From NCBI GenBank assembly GCA_965226875.1, contig OZ245439.1, positions 488,570 through 552,569 of the forward strand: a stretch of 64,000 nucleotides of DNA, in the 5' to 3' direction. A model generated the notes under the pieces. It ran no database searches and was not told where the DNA came from. It saw only the letters and a list, made by a program, of their open reading frames with translations. This DNA is from Dehalococcoidia bacterium (GTDB lineage Bacteria; Chloroflexota; Dehalococcoidia; Lucifugimonadales; UBA3495). Below, piece after piece: positions 40,178 to 49,408 of this stretch. Positions within the stretch are counted from its first letter, which is position 1. Every line of letters starts with the position of its first letter. The translations under genes and the position numbers were made by a program.

Positions 40178-40409
40178 GTGGGAGGAGGCGATAGCCTTCC
40201 GAATTAGGTGGTCGAGACGCGTACCCGCCATTAACACCCACTATCCTTGAATTCCCGCTTTCGCGGGAATGACGGACCGTAAGCTGTCATACTACCTAAA
40301 TTAGAACGCTACCGCGACGCGGCCAAGGGCTGTCCCAAGCGCTACAAGCCCCCGGCCATTAATCCCGTGCCTGCCGGAGGACGGGTCTGCGGGAACGCCT
40401 GTTCCCCGT

Positions 40410-40841
40410 CTAGTGACCGTGCTGGGCCAGTTCTATCAGGACGCCATGGGCCGCCGACGGGTGCATGAAACCAATGTCTCCTCCCATGAGGCCGGTGCGC
40501 GGCACCTTGTCTATCAAGCGGACGCCGAGGTCGTCCAGGGTCTTCAGCTTGTCGGCGATTCCCTCCACCTCGAAGCAGACGTGGTGCAGGCCCTCGCCCC
40601 GCTGCGCGATGTGGGTGGTGATCAGGCTGTCGGGGCCGGTGCCTTCCAGCAGCTCCAGGTTGGTCTCGCCAACCGGCACGAAGCAGCCGCGTACACCGAT
40701 GTCCTCGCGGACGATTATCTGTCCGGGCTTGAAGCCGAACAGGCCCCGGTAGAACTCGATGCTCTCGTCCAGGTTGGCGACGGCGATGCCGATGTGATGC
40801 ACCAGGTCGGTGGCAACCGGCGGTGTTCCGGGCAGTGTCAT
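40410..40841 (-). CDS. mce: Methylmalonyl-CoA epimerase (VOC family)
   Basis: HHIGIAV, LELLE, RGEGLHHVCFEV, FMHP..HGVLIEL. Confidence 0.85.
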   Translation of the reverse strand: MTLPGTPPVATDLVHHIGIAVANLDESIEFYRGLFGFKPGQIIVREDIGVRGCFVPVGETNLELLEGTGPDSLITTHIAQRGEGLHHVCFEVEGIADKLKTLDDLGVRLIDKVPRTGLMGGDIGFMHPSAAHGVLIELAQHGH

Positions 40842-41012
40842 ACTCCCTCCTTGATATTTGTTTTTTACATGGATGCACTGGATGTACAGGATATTTTTAG
40901 CTGCGCCGTATTCTAACACCGAAGGTTGCCTTCACATGCCCACGCATCTGCAACGCCCACCATGGAGTATACTGGGGCGCTATCTGAACACAACGAAAAT
41001 GGGAGGGCAACG

Positions 41013-41789
41013 ATGAGCAGTCGAGAGGAACTCCGGCGGAAGGGCAATGAAATACGGGAGCGCCTACAGCACGGCACATACCCGGCCCGGGAGCGGCCCA
41101 GGGCAGTCGCCGGTATCCCCGGACTCAGGAATTACACCGGAGAGGCAATCTTCGGAGCGGTTTGGTCCCGTCCCGGCCTGGACATTCGCTACCGAATGCT
41201 GGCGACCCTTTCCGTACTGTCCTCACTGCAACGCCTCTCCCAGTTTCAGACCTACGTCCACAGCGCGTTGAACATGGGCTTGGGCGCGGAGGAGATACAG
41301 GAAGTGCCCATACACTGCTCCCTCTATGCCGGGTTCCCGTCGGCGGTTAACTCGTTGGAGTTGGTCCACGAGGCCTTCCGCGAGAGGGGCATTGAGGTGC
41401 CGCAGACGGAGGTGCCCGAAGTCAGCCTGGAAGAGATGGAGCGACGGGGCCGCGAGCTCCGGGAACAGCTGTTGGGCACTCAGGACCGGGGCGGCTATGC
41501 CAACGCCCTGGTGGACCTCGCGCCGGACCTGAGGACGCTCACCCTCCAGTTCGCTTTTGGGGAGATCTTTTTCCGTCCGGGCCTAGACTTGAAGTCCAGG
41601 GTGGTGTGCTCCACCGCCGCCCTGACGGCCCTGCGAGCCGATGGCCCGCTCCGCAACTTCCTACAGGCCGGCCCCCGCGTGGGGCTTTCCAAGGATGAAG
41701 TTGTGGAAGTCCTTATGCAGACCGGAGGATACGCGGGCTATCCGGCAGCACTGAACGCGATCTCCATCGCGGCTCAAGTCTGGGAATAA
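41013..41789 (+). CDS. Double-domain carboxymuconolactone decarboxylase family protein
   Basis: Two 'FGxxxxRPGLD...YAG[FY]P' units. Confidence 0.88.
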   Translation: MSSREELRRKGNEIRERLQHGTYPARERPRAVAGIPGLRNYTGEAIFGAVWSRPGLDIRYRMLATLSVLSSLQRLSQFQTYVHSALNMGLGAEEIQEVPIHCSLYAGFPSAVNSLELVHEAFRERGIEVPQTEVPEVSLEEMERRGRELREQLLGTQDRGGYANALVDLAPDLRTLTLQFAFGEIFFRPGLDLKSRVVCSTAALTALRADGPLRNFLQAGPRVGLSKDEVVEVLMQTGGYAGYPAALNAISIAAQVWE

Positions 41790-41897
41790 GGGACACGACA
41801 GGGGCCGGACACAGGCCCGGCCCCTGAAAACGCCCGGCGGGTCGGGGCCTCGGCCTGAGCGCTGCGGGTCATGCGAAGAAGCCGCCTGGAATGGACC

Positions 41898-43682
41898 TCA
41901 GAACCCCCCGGTGGCCCATGGGCGTGACCGGGCCATTTCCCGGACGCCCTGGGGCGTGGTGATGGGGGCGAGGCAACGGTCTCCCATGCAGGCGTACAGC
42001 GCCGCCTCCCGGTTCGGCGGGAAACCCAATTCCCGGATTTGTTCGGCGTCGCGCTCCGAGTCCAGCGGCTGGACGACCCGGTGGGGAGCGTAGGCTCGCA
42101 AAGCCGCACGGTGCAGCCGACGATAGGCCGGCGCCGACGAATCGCCCACCAGCACCAGGCTCACTGCCCCGTTGGTCTGCATATCCCGGGCTCGCCCCCA
42201 GGCCGAGCCCGCCGGCAGGAACAGGGCTTCTTCGTCTTCCTCCATGCGGCGGGAGAGATGGGCGCCGAGGTAGCTCTTCCCCGGAACTACGGACTCAAAA
42301 ACGTCCAGCGCGGAGGCGGCCCGCTGCGAATATCCAGCGTCGCCAGTCAGGTGATACAGGGCCAGCAGAGCCTCGGCCCAACAACCATTATTCCCCGCCG
42401 GCTGCTCCCGGGGAAGCAGACTTGCCTCGAAAGAGCGGGGCGGCGTGGTGTCGTAGCAGCCGCCATTGGGTGCGCCGAACAGCCGCTCGACGGTTCCGGC
42501 GACCTCGACCGCCCGCGCCAGGCACTCCGGCTCGCCCGTGGACTGATACAGGGCCAGCCAGGCCCGCAGGAAGTCCACCTGGTCGGACAGGATGGGCGTG
42601 GCGTCGCTCAACTCGCCCGCGCGCCGGGGCAAGCCTCCTGCGGAGGTCCAGCTCTCCCGCCACAGCCTTTCCAGAATACCGGAACCGCGCCGCCGGTAAT
42701 CCGGGCTGCCCAGCACGTTGGCCGCCTGAATCAGGGAGTGGGCGGCCAGGGCGTTCCATCCGGCGTAAAAGGTGCGGTCAACGGGCGGCGGCGCAAGGGC
42801 GTCGCGGCCCTTCCAGGACATCTGGTAGAAGGGCTCGTCGGCGTCCTGGCTGGCGAAGAACAACGCCTTAGCCGGACTGAACAGGGTGTTCAGCAGGTAG
42901 TGCAGGATGCCTTCGGCGGCGGACCTGTAGGCTGCCTTGCGGGTAATCTGGAATGCCTCCAGGTAGACCATTGCCAGGCTGGCGTTGCTGACCAGCATTT
43001 TTTCGTAGTGCGGCACCTTCCAGTCGCGGCTTACCGCGTAGCGGAAGAACCCCTGGTTCTTCCGGTCGTAGATGCCGTGCCACATACCCTGTAGGGTGGT
43101 TTCGACCATTGCCATGATGGACCGGTCGCCGGTGAGTCCGTAGCGTACGGTGAGGAATTGCAGTGCCTCCCACGGCGGCTGCTTGGGTTCCAGTCCGAAA
43201 CCGCCGAATTCCTCGTCGTAAAGCTCTGTCAGCCGGGCCAGCACCGCATCGACCGAGGCGCCGGCCCCAGTGCGGCGCGGCGATGGCGTGCCATTGTTAG
43301 CGTATACATCGTCCGGGGAAACCTCGCCGCTGGATACCTGCTCCAGCAGGGCGGCCATCTCGTCCGGTGGTGTGTAGGGCCTGCCGGTCAGGAATTCGCC
43401 GTCCCCGGTCAGGAAGGCCACCGACGGGAACCCGCCCTGGTTGTACCGCAGCGATATGTCGGGCCGCTGGTCAACATCCACGCGCACCGGGATGAACCGG
43501 GAGTTCACCAGCTCGATGACACGCTCGTCTGAGTAGGAAGTCTGGTCCATGACGTGGCACCAGTGGCACCAGGTGGCCCCCAGGGTAAGCAGCACCGGCT
43601 TGCCCTGGGACTTGGCGGACTCGAAGGCTGCCTCATTCCAATCCCGCCAGGAGATGGCGTTGGCGCCGTCATGTTGGCTCAT
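41898..43682 (-). CDS. DUF255/YyaL-like thioredoxin-domain protein
   Basis: WCHWCHVM, RPDI, GGFP, VPHYEKML, ASQDAD. Confidence 0.9.
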   Translation of the reverse strand: MSQHDGANAISWRDWNEAAFESAKSQGKPVLLTLGATWCHWCHVMDQTSYSDERVIELVNSRFIPVRVDVDQRPDISLRYNQGGFPSVAFLTGDGEFLTGRPYTPPDEMAALLEQVSSGEVSPDDVYANNGTPSPRRTGAGASVDAVLARLTELYDEEFGGFGLEPKQPPWEALQFLTVRYGLTGDRSIMAMVETTLQGMWHGIYDRKNQGFFRYAVSRDWKVPHYEKMLVSNASLAMVYLEAFQITRKAAYRSAAEGILHYLLNTLFSPAKALFFASQDADEPFYQMSWKGRDALAPPPVDRTFYAGWNALAAHSLIQAANVLGSPDYRRRGSGILERLWRESWTSAGGLPRRAGELSDATPILSDQVDFLRAWLALYQSTGEPECLARAVEVAGTVERLFGAPNGGCYDTTPPRSFEASLLPREQPAGNNGCWAEALLALYHLTGDAGYSQRAASALDVFESVVPGKSYLGAHLSRRMEEDEEALFLPAGSAWGRARDMQTNGAVSLVLVGDSSAPAYRRLHRAALRAYAPHRVVQPLDSERDAEQIRELGFPPNREAALYACMGDRCLAPITTPQGVREMARSRPWATGGF

Positions 43683-43768
43683 CCGGTTACCCCCGGCTCC
43701 AGGCGGCGACACCGCCGCCCGGAGATGATTCATGCGCAGGGTGCAGTTTAGACTTTCGCAGCCCTTTT

Positions 43769-43813
43769 TTACAGACGGAAACATTACAGGCGGAAACATT
43801 ACAGGCGGAAACA
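43769..43813. repeat. 15-bp tandem repeat TTACAG(G/A)CGGAAACA x3
   Basis: Direct reading. Confidence 0.85.
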
Positions 43814-44105
43814 GACAGGGGGAAACAGATGGAGGGCGCGAATAGGACGGAGCCGTTTGTGGTGCTTGCTCCGGCAGTTGCGCTGCATGACGCTTATGCT
43901 TCCACAATCTGCCCCCGTCCCGCCGCTGCCGATGGGGGAATTCCCTCTCTCGGCCATCCCCTTAAGCCTCAATCAATTGCATCCACTATGGTAAACTGAT
44001 CTGGGTTGGCTGCCTCAAGCGTTTCATGTAGGGCTTGCCCAGCGTGAAGAATGCTTGGGGTTGCGAATTCTCATCTGCAAAGCTACGGAGAAGAGAGGGA
44101 GAGCT

Positions 44106-45227
44106 ATGGTTCTTGGCAATATCGGCAGGACCATAAGAGACACGATATCCGGGACTATCAGTGGGGCCGGGGACGTATTGGAGAATACCATATCGGCGGC
44201 GCGAGGAGTCACCGTCGGGGCGTTTTCCGGGTCCCGGGAGACATTTAACGAGTTCCAAGGCTTGGTCGTGGATGTGATGAAGGGCACCATACAGGCCACC
44301 GGCGGCGTGGGGGCTGAACTTGGCTCCACCGCCAAGGGCGCGGTTATTGGCGTCATACGCGGCGTGGGCGAGGTAACGACGGTGACCGTAGGCGTCTGTA
44401 GCGACACGGTGCGAGCCGCCATCAAGGGCACCAGCGAAGTGGGCGGCGATGTAGCCACCGTGGCCCGCAGCGCGGTGGAAGGCACGTTGGAAACCACCAA
44501 GAGTGTCGGCCTGCGGGCCGAGGATACCGTGTTCAGCGTCACGCGCGGCGCAATCCAGGGCACCCGCGATGTGGGCGGCGACCTCGGCTCCACGGCGCGG
44601 GACGCCGCCAAGGGCGCGGTCACTGGAACCGCCGAGGTGGGCGGCAACGTGCTGCAAGCCGTCGAGGACAGCACCCGCGGCCTGATACAGGGGGCCGCCG
44701 AGGTGGGCGGCGACCTGGCTTCCGTCACCCGCAACGCCGTGGAGGGCGCCATCGAGGCCACCAGCGGCGTCACCGTCCGCATACAGGATGCCGCCTTCAG
44801 CGCGGCGCGCGGCGCGATTCACGGCACCCGGCAGGTGGGCGGCGACCTGGGGGCCACGGCCCGCGACACCATCGACGGCACAGTTACCGGGGCCAACCAG
44901 ATTGGCGGCAACGTGTTGCAGGCCATCGAGGACAGCGCCCGGGGCTTGGTCAAAGGCACCGCCGAGGTGGGCGGCGACGTAGGCGGCGTGGCTCGCAACG
45001 CCGTTGAACAGTCCATTGAGTCCGCCAAGCGCATCGGCCTGCGGGCCGAGGATGCGGCATCGGCCGTTGCCAACGGCGCGGTGAGCGCCGCCGGCTCCTT
45101 CGGGGAGGCCACCACCACCGCTGTCACCGAATCCGTCGGCGGCGTTGTCGGCGGGGTTTCAGTCGTCCTGCGAGCTCCCTTCCGCGCCGAGCAGCAGAAG
45201 GACGAGGAGAAGCAGGACGGCTCGTAA
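44106..45227 (+). CDS. Hypothetical Gly/Ala/Thr/Val-rich 22-aa tandem helical repeat protein
   Basis: GGGAG RBS; repeats such as SEVGGDVATVARSAVEGTLETT. Confidence 0.8.
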   Translation: MVLGNIGRTIRDTISGTISGAGDVLENTISAARGVTVGAFSGSRETFNEFQGLVVDVMKGTIQATGGVGAELGSTAKGAVIGVIRGVGEVTTVTVGVCSDTVRAAIKGTSEVGGDVATVARSAVEGTLETTKSVGLRAEDTVFSVTRGAIQGTRDVGGDLGSTARDAAKGAVTGTAEVGGNVLQAVEDSTRGLIQGAAEVGGDLASVTRNAVEGAIEATSGVTVRIQDAAFSAARGAIHGTRQVGGDLGATARDTIDGTVTGANQIGGNVLQAIEDSARGLVKGTAEVGGDVGGVARNAVEQSIESAKRIGLRAEDAASAVANGAVSAAGSFGEATTTAVTESVGGVVGGVSVVLRAPFRAEQQKDEEKQDGS

Positions 45228-45316
45228 GAGATGGCCTTCCTGTTGGCACAGGCACAGCAAGACGGAGGGGCGGGCTTCAAACCCGCCCCAGCTATTTCAT
45301 TTATAGTTATTGCGCT

Positions 45317-46369
45317 ATGCTGATACTTCCGGCACGCCTCAAATCAACGCTGACCGCCCCTTTCGCGCGGTTCCGGGCGAGGGTGGCGCGCAACCGCGAC
45401 TACCTCAAAGTCCGCGTGCGCGCCCGGCGGTTCTGGAGGCGGTTGCTCGATATGCCCGCGATAGGTCTGGTGTACCGGACAGTGCGGGAGATGGGCGCCG
45501 ACGACGCAACGCACATGGCGGCTGGGGTGGCCTACTATGCAGTCCTCTCCCTTTTCCCGCTCACCGTCGGGTTGATCAGCCTGCTGGGCCTCGTGCTGAA
45601 CTCGGAGGTTCTGGAGGGGGAGATTTTCGGCTTTTTCCAGTTCTACCTGCCTGGCTCTAAAGAGCTGCTGGCCTCCAACGTGGAGGCCAGGGGCAGCATC
45701 CGCGGCTTTCTGGGTATTGTCAGCTTTCTCGGCCTGTTCTGGTCGGCCAGCCTGTTGTTCGGCGCCATCAGCAGAGCGGTCAACCGGGCTTGGGACATAC
45801 ACCAGGACCGGCCCTTCTATATAGACAAGCTGCGCCATCTCCTGATGGCATTCAGCGTCGCCCCCCTGTTCCTCATGTCCATCGGCACCACAGCGGCTCT
45901 GCAATTTCTGGGCAATCACGAATTGCCGGTAATAGGGCGCTTCGATTTCCTGGACCATGACGTAATCAACCTGCTAACTCGCCCGTTGCCCTTCCTGTTC
46001 TCACTGACCATATTCCTGCTTATCTACAAGTTCACGCCAAACACCCAGACGCATTGGCGTTATGTCTGGCCGGGCGCGCTGCTGGCAGCGGTGATGTTTG
46101 AGGTGTTCAAGAGCGCCTTCGTCTTCTATCTGGACCACTTTGCCCACTACGAGGAGGTCTACGGCTCCTTGGCCTCGGTTATCGTGCTGCTGGCCTGGAC
46201 CTACTTCTCCGGCCTAATACTCATTGCCGGGGCCGAATTCTCCTCGGAGTATGAGCGAATGCGGTTGGGCGTGGAACGGGGCCGGGTCATTGTCAACCGC
46301 CATCCTATTCGCCGCCATACCAAGGAGGCGTCACAGGGGACATCGCCACCCCAGGACACCGGGGTATAA
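45317..46369 (+). CDS. YihY/virulence factor BrkB family membrane protein
   Basis: AAGVAYYAVLSLFP, WPGA, YGSLASVIVLLAW. Confidence 0.9.
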   Translation: MLILPARLKSTLTAPFARFRARVARNRDYLKVRVRARRFWRRLLDMPAIGLVYRTVREMGADDATHMAAGVAYYAVLSLFPLTVGLISLLGLVLNSEVLEGEIFGFFQFYLPGSKELLASNVEARGSIRGFLGIVSFLGLFWSASLLFGAISRAVNRAWDIHQDRPFYIDKLRHLLMAFSVAPLFLMSIGTTAALQFLGNHELPVIGRFDFLDHDVINLLTRPLPFLFSLTIFLLIYKFTPNTQTHWRYVWPGALLAAVMFEVFKSAFVFYLDHFAHYEEVYGSLASVIVLLAWTYFSGLILIAGAEFSSEYERMRLGVERGRVIVNRHPIRRHTKEASQGTSPPQDTGV

Positions 46370-46404
46370 TTGACCAAGCCACAAGGTAGGGCCACGAGGT
46401 AAGG

Positions 46405-48759
46405 ATGGATGCCGCAGTGACCACACAGCCGCCAACGCAGTCCTATATCGGAGCGCCCATCCGCAGGCGGGAGGATGTCCGCTTTCTCACCGGGCGGGGG
46501 CAGTACCTGGATGACATACGCCTGCCGGGGATGCTGCACGCCGCCATCCTTCGCAGCCCTCACGCCCACGCGAGGGTGGGGAGCATCGACGCCTCAGCCG
46601 CCCTGGCCCTCGACGGCGTTGCGGCGGTGTTCACCTACGCCGATATCGCCGATCTGGCCAAGTCCATCCCCATGCGCGTGTTTCCCCTGCCGGGGTTGGA
46701 CAAATACCTGCAAACGCCGCTGTCCGCCGACACCGTGCGCCACGCCGGAGAGGCGGTGGCGGTGGTGGTCGCCGGGAGCCGCTACTTGGCCGAGGACGCC
46801 ATCGACCTCATCCTGGTGGACTACGAGCCGCTTCCGGCGGTAACCGACATTGCCGAGGCGCTGACCGATGCGGTGGTCGTGCATCCGGCCAACGGCACCA
46901 ATCTGGCCGGCTCCGCCGAAATCAGCGTCGGCGACGTTGAGGCAGCCTTCCGCGATGCCGACTACGTCCGCAGGGAGGAGTTCCGCACCAACCGGCACAC
47001 CGCCAACCCCATGGAGACAAGGGGCCTCCTGGCGAGCTACGACGCCGGGGACGGGCAGATGCGGGTCTGGGGGCCGACCAAGGTCTCCCACACCAACCGG
47101 GCGATACTGGCCCGCCACCTGGAGATCGAGGAAGAGCGCATCCACTTCATCGAGCCGGACGTGGGCGGCGGCTTCGGGGTGCGTGGCGAGTTCTACGCCG
47201 AAGACTTCCTGATCCCCTTCGCGTCGTTCAAGTTGGGGCTTCCGGTGAAGTGGGTGGAAGACAGGGTGGAGCATCTGGCCTCGGCCAATCACTCCCGCGA
47301 GGTGCTGTGCGAAGTGGAGGTCGCCGCCAAGAGCGACGGCACGCTGCTGGGCCTGCGAACCACGGTCTACGGCGACATGGGAGCATACATTCGAACCCAC
47401 GGCAGCGTCGTTCCGGCCCTGACCGCCGTGATGATGACCGGGCCGTACCGCGTCCCGAACTTCCACGCCTCGGTCAACTGCGTGATGACCAACAAGATGG
47501 GCGCAGGTACTTACCGCGCCCCAGGCTTCTTCGAGGGCACATTCATCCGCGAGCGGCTGCTGGACATGGTGGCCGGCGACCTGGGGCTGGACCCGGCGGA
47601 GTTGCGCCGCCGCAACCTGATCGCCGCCAGCGAGATGCCCTACGACGCGGGCCCGACGCGGCTGGACGGTCGCAACACGGTTTACGACAGCGGCGACTAC
47701 GCCAGCGCCTTCGACCGCGCCCTGGAGCAGATCGGGTACGAGGAACTGGCCGCGAGCCAGGGGCCGGACGAGCAGGGGCGGTATCACGGAGTCGGCATCG
47801 CGTCATACGTGGAACCCACTGGCTTCGGGCCTTTCGAGGGGGCGCGAGTGCTGGTCACACCCAGCGGCAGCGTGGAGGTCTATCTCGGCATCACCACCAT
47901 GGGGCAGGGCCACGAGACGGTGATGGCCCAGATCTGCGCCGACTCGCTGAGCGTTCCGATGGAGGACGTCAGCATCTTTCACGGCAGCACCGACTACCTG
48001 CCCGCCAGCATCGGCACCTTCGGCAGCCGCGCCTCGGTGATGGCAGGGAGCGCCATCCACCTGTCCTGCCAGACGCTGCGGGCGCGCATACTGTCGCTGG
48101 CCTCCAGCTATCTCGACACCGCGCCCGAGGCCCTTGATCTGCGGCACGGCGTGGTCACGGTCACAGACGACCACGGCAGCGGGCGGGAGTTGACGCTCAG
48201 GCAGGTGGCCGAGCTGGCCGAGACGCAACGCCGGTTCGATGACCCGGATACCGCGCTGGACGCCACGGAGTATTTCCGCATTGAGGAGTGGACCTACTCC
48301 TACGGCAGCCACGCCGCCCACGTTGCCGTTGACCCGGAGACCGGCAAGCTGGAGGTGCTGCGCTACGTGGTGGTGGAGGACGTGGGCCGCTGCATCAACC
48401 CGCTGACCATGCACGGCCAGTCGGTGGGCGGGGCGGTGCAGGGCATCGGCGGAACGCTGCTGGAGGAGCTGGTCTACGACGGCAGCGGCCAACTGCTCTC
48501 CGGGACGTTGATGGACTACCTGTTGCCCACCAGCCTGGACGTTCCCGACGTTGAAACGGTCATAACGGAGGAGGCCCCCTCGCCGCTGAACCCGTTGGGC
48601 GTAAAGGGCGCGGGCGAAGGCGCGATTCTCGCCACCGGCGCCGCCCTCGGCAACGCCGTGGCCCACGCCCTGGCGCCCTTCGGCATCCGGGTCAACAGCC
48701 TGCCCCTCAGCCCCGGCAACATCCGACGGTGGCTTGGGGAAGCGGACGGACACCCATAA
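46405..48759 (+). CDS. Xanthine dehydrogenase/CoxL-like molybdopterin-binding subunit
   Basis: RREDVRFLTG, DVGGGFG, GQGHET, GTFGSR, INP, KGAGE. Confidence 0.92.
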   Translation: MDAAVTTQPPTQSYIGAPIRRREDVRFLTGRGQYLDDIRLPGMLHAAILRSPHAHARVGSIDASAALALDGVAAVFTYADIADLAKSIPMRVFPLPGLDKYLQTPLSADTVRHAGEAVAVVVAGSRYLAEDAIDLILVDYEPLPAVTDIAEALTDAVVVHPANGTNLAGSAEISVGDVEAAFRDADYVRREEFRTNRHTANPMETRGLLASYDAGDGQMRVWGPTKVSHTNRAILARHLEIEEERIHFIEPDVGGGFGVRGEFYAEDFLIPFASFKLGLPVKWVEDRVEHLASANHSREVLCEVEVAAKSDGTLLGLRTTVYGDMGAYIRTHGSVVPALTAVMMTGPYRVPNFHASVNCVMTNKMGAGTYRAPGFFEGTFIRERLLDMVAGDLGLDPAELRRRNLIAASEMPYDAGPTRLDGRNTVYDSGDYASAFDRALEQIGYEELAASQGPDEQGRYHGVGIASYVEPTGFGPFEGARVLVTPSGSVEVYLGITTMGQGHETVMAQICADSLSVPMEDVSIFHGSTDYLPASIGTFGSRASVMAGSAIHLSCQTLRARILSLASSYLDTAPEALDLRHGVVTVTDDHGSGRELTLRQVAELAETQRRFDDPDTALDATEYFRIEEWTYSYGSHAAHVAVDPETGKLEVLRYVVVEDVGRCINPLTMHGQSVGGAVQGIGGTLLEELVYDGSGQLLSGTLMDYLLPTSLDVPDVETVITEEAPSPLNPLGVKGAGEGAILATGAALGNAVAHALAPFGIRVNSLPLSPGNIRRWLGEADGHP

Positions 48760-48809
48760 GAAATTCCCTCTCCCTTCAGGAGAGGGAATTTCTTGCCCCC
48801 ACGGTTCAG

Positions 48810-49199
48810 TTACTCAATAACGGCGATGGCCTCGATTTCCACGTCGAGGCCCGGCTCGGCGAGGGCGCTGATCTCGATGAGGGAGTTGGCCGGGTACTTG
48901 CCCTCGAAAAAGCGGGCGAAGAGTTCCGCCTGCTTATCCGGGTTGTTCTGCCAGTCGGCGATGCTGGTGACGAAGCAGGTAATCTTGGCGATGTCGCCGG
49001 GCGAGCCGCCCTCGGCCTTGACCACTCCCACGACCCGGCTTAGGGTGACCTCCAGTTGCTCCATCAGCGGCTTGCCCTGAGCGTCCGAGCCGCGGGCGGT
49101 GCAGCCAGACACGAAAAGCAGGTTGCCGGCTCGCGTGCCGCGGCTGTAGGTGGGCCCGGCGGGCGCGATGTCGGGGTAGTCTCGATGTTCAACAGGCAT
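48810..49199 (-). CDS. RidA/YjgF family protein
   Basis: YSRG..AGNLLFVSG, YPANSLIEI..VEIEAIA. Confidence 0.88.
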   Translation of the reverse strand: MPVEHRDYPDIAPAGPTYSRGTRAGNLLFVSGCTARGSDAQGKPLMEQLEVTLSRVVGVVKAEGGSPGDIAKITCFVTSIADWQNNPDKQAELFARFFEGKYPANSLIEISALAEPGLDVEIEAIAVIE

Positions 49200-49408
49200 T
49201 TTCTTTCTCCTCAGGCTGATTTCTATTGTATTATCAAAGACATTGAGCTTGCCGGACTCCGGCGTTGGGGACTGCGGCCCGCGGGCGGCATCCCAATTGC
49301 TCGTTCTCAGGGGGCAAGGGGAGCCGCGCAGACCGGGAGTCTACTTAATAATAGACGCAATTGCCCCGGTTTGGACCAGCGGCAGAGGATCGGAATTTCA
49401 GGCTTAGA

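Larger units (their letters stand above)
39578..40313. mobile_element. Composite MITE-bounded cassette with target-site duplication
   Basis: ~100-bp direct repeats 39578-39679 and 40190-40291; outer TIRs GATAGCGTTCCGAATTAGGTGGT / ACTACCTAAATTAGAACGCTACC; GCGACGCGGC at 39568-39577 and 40314-40323. Confidence 0.75.

Noticed and set aside
39351-40241. 296-aa ORF from the six-frame track as a single gene
   Set aside because: It starts and runs through MITE repeats; only the part from ATG 40073 to ~39740 looks protein-like.
49200-49400. Possible riboswitch upstream of the K+/H+ antiporter
   Set aside because: No c-di-AMP or other consensus motifs could be recognised.
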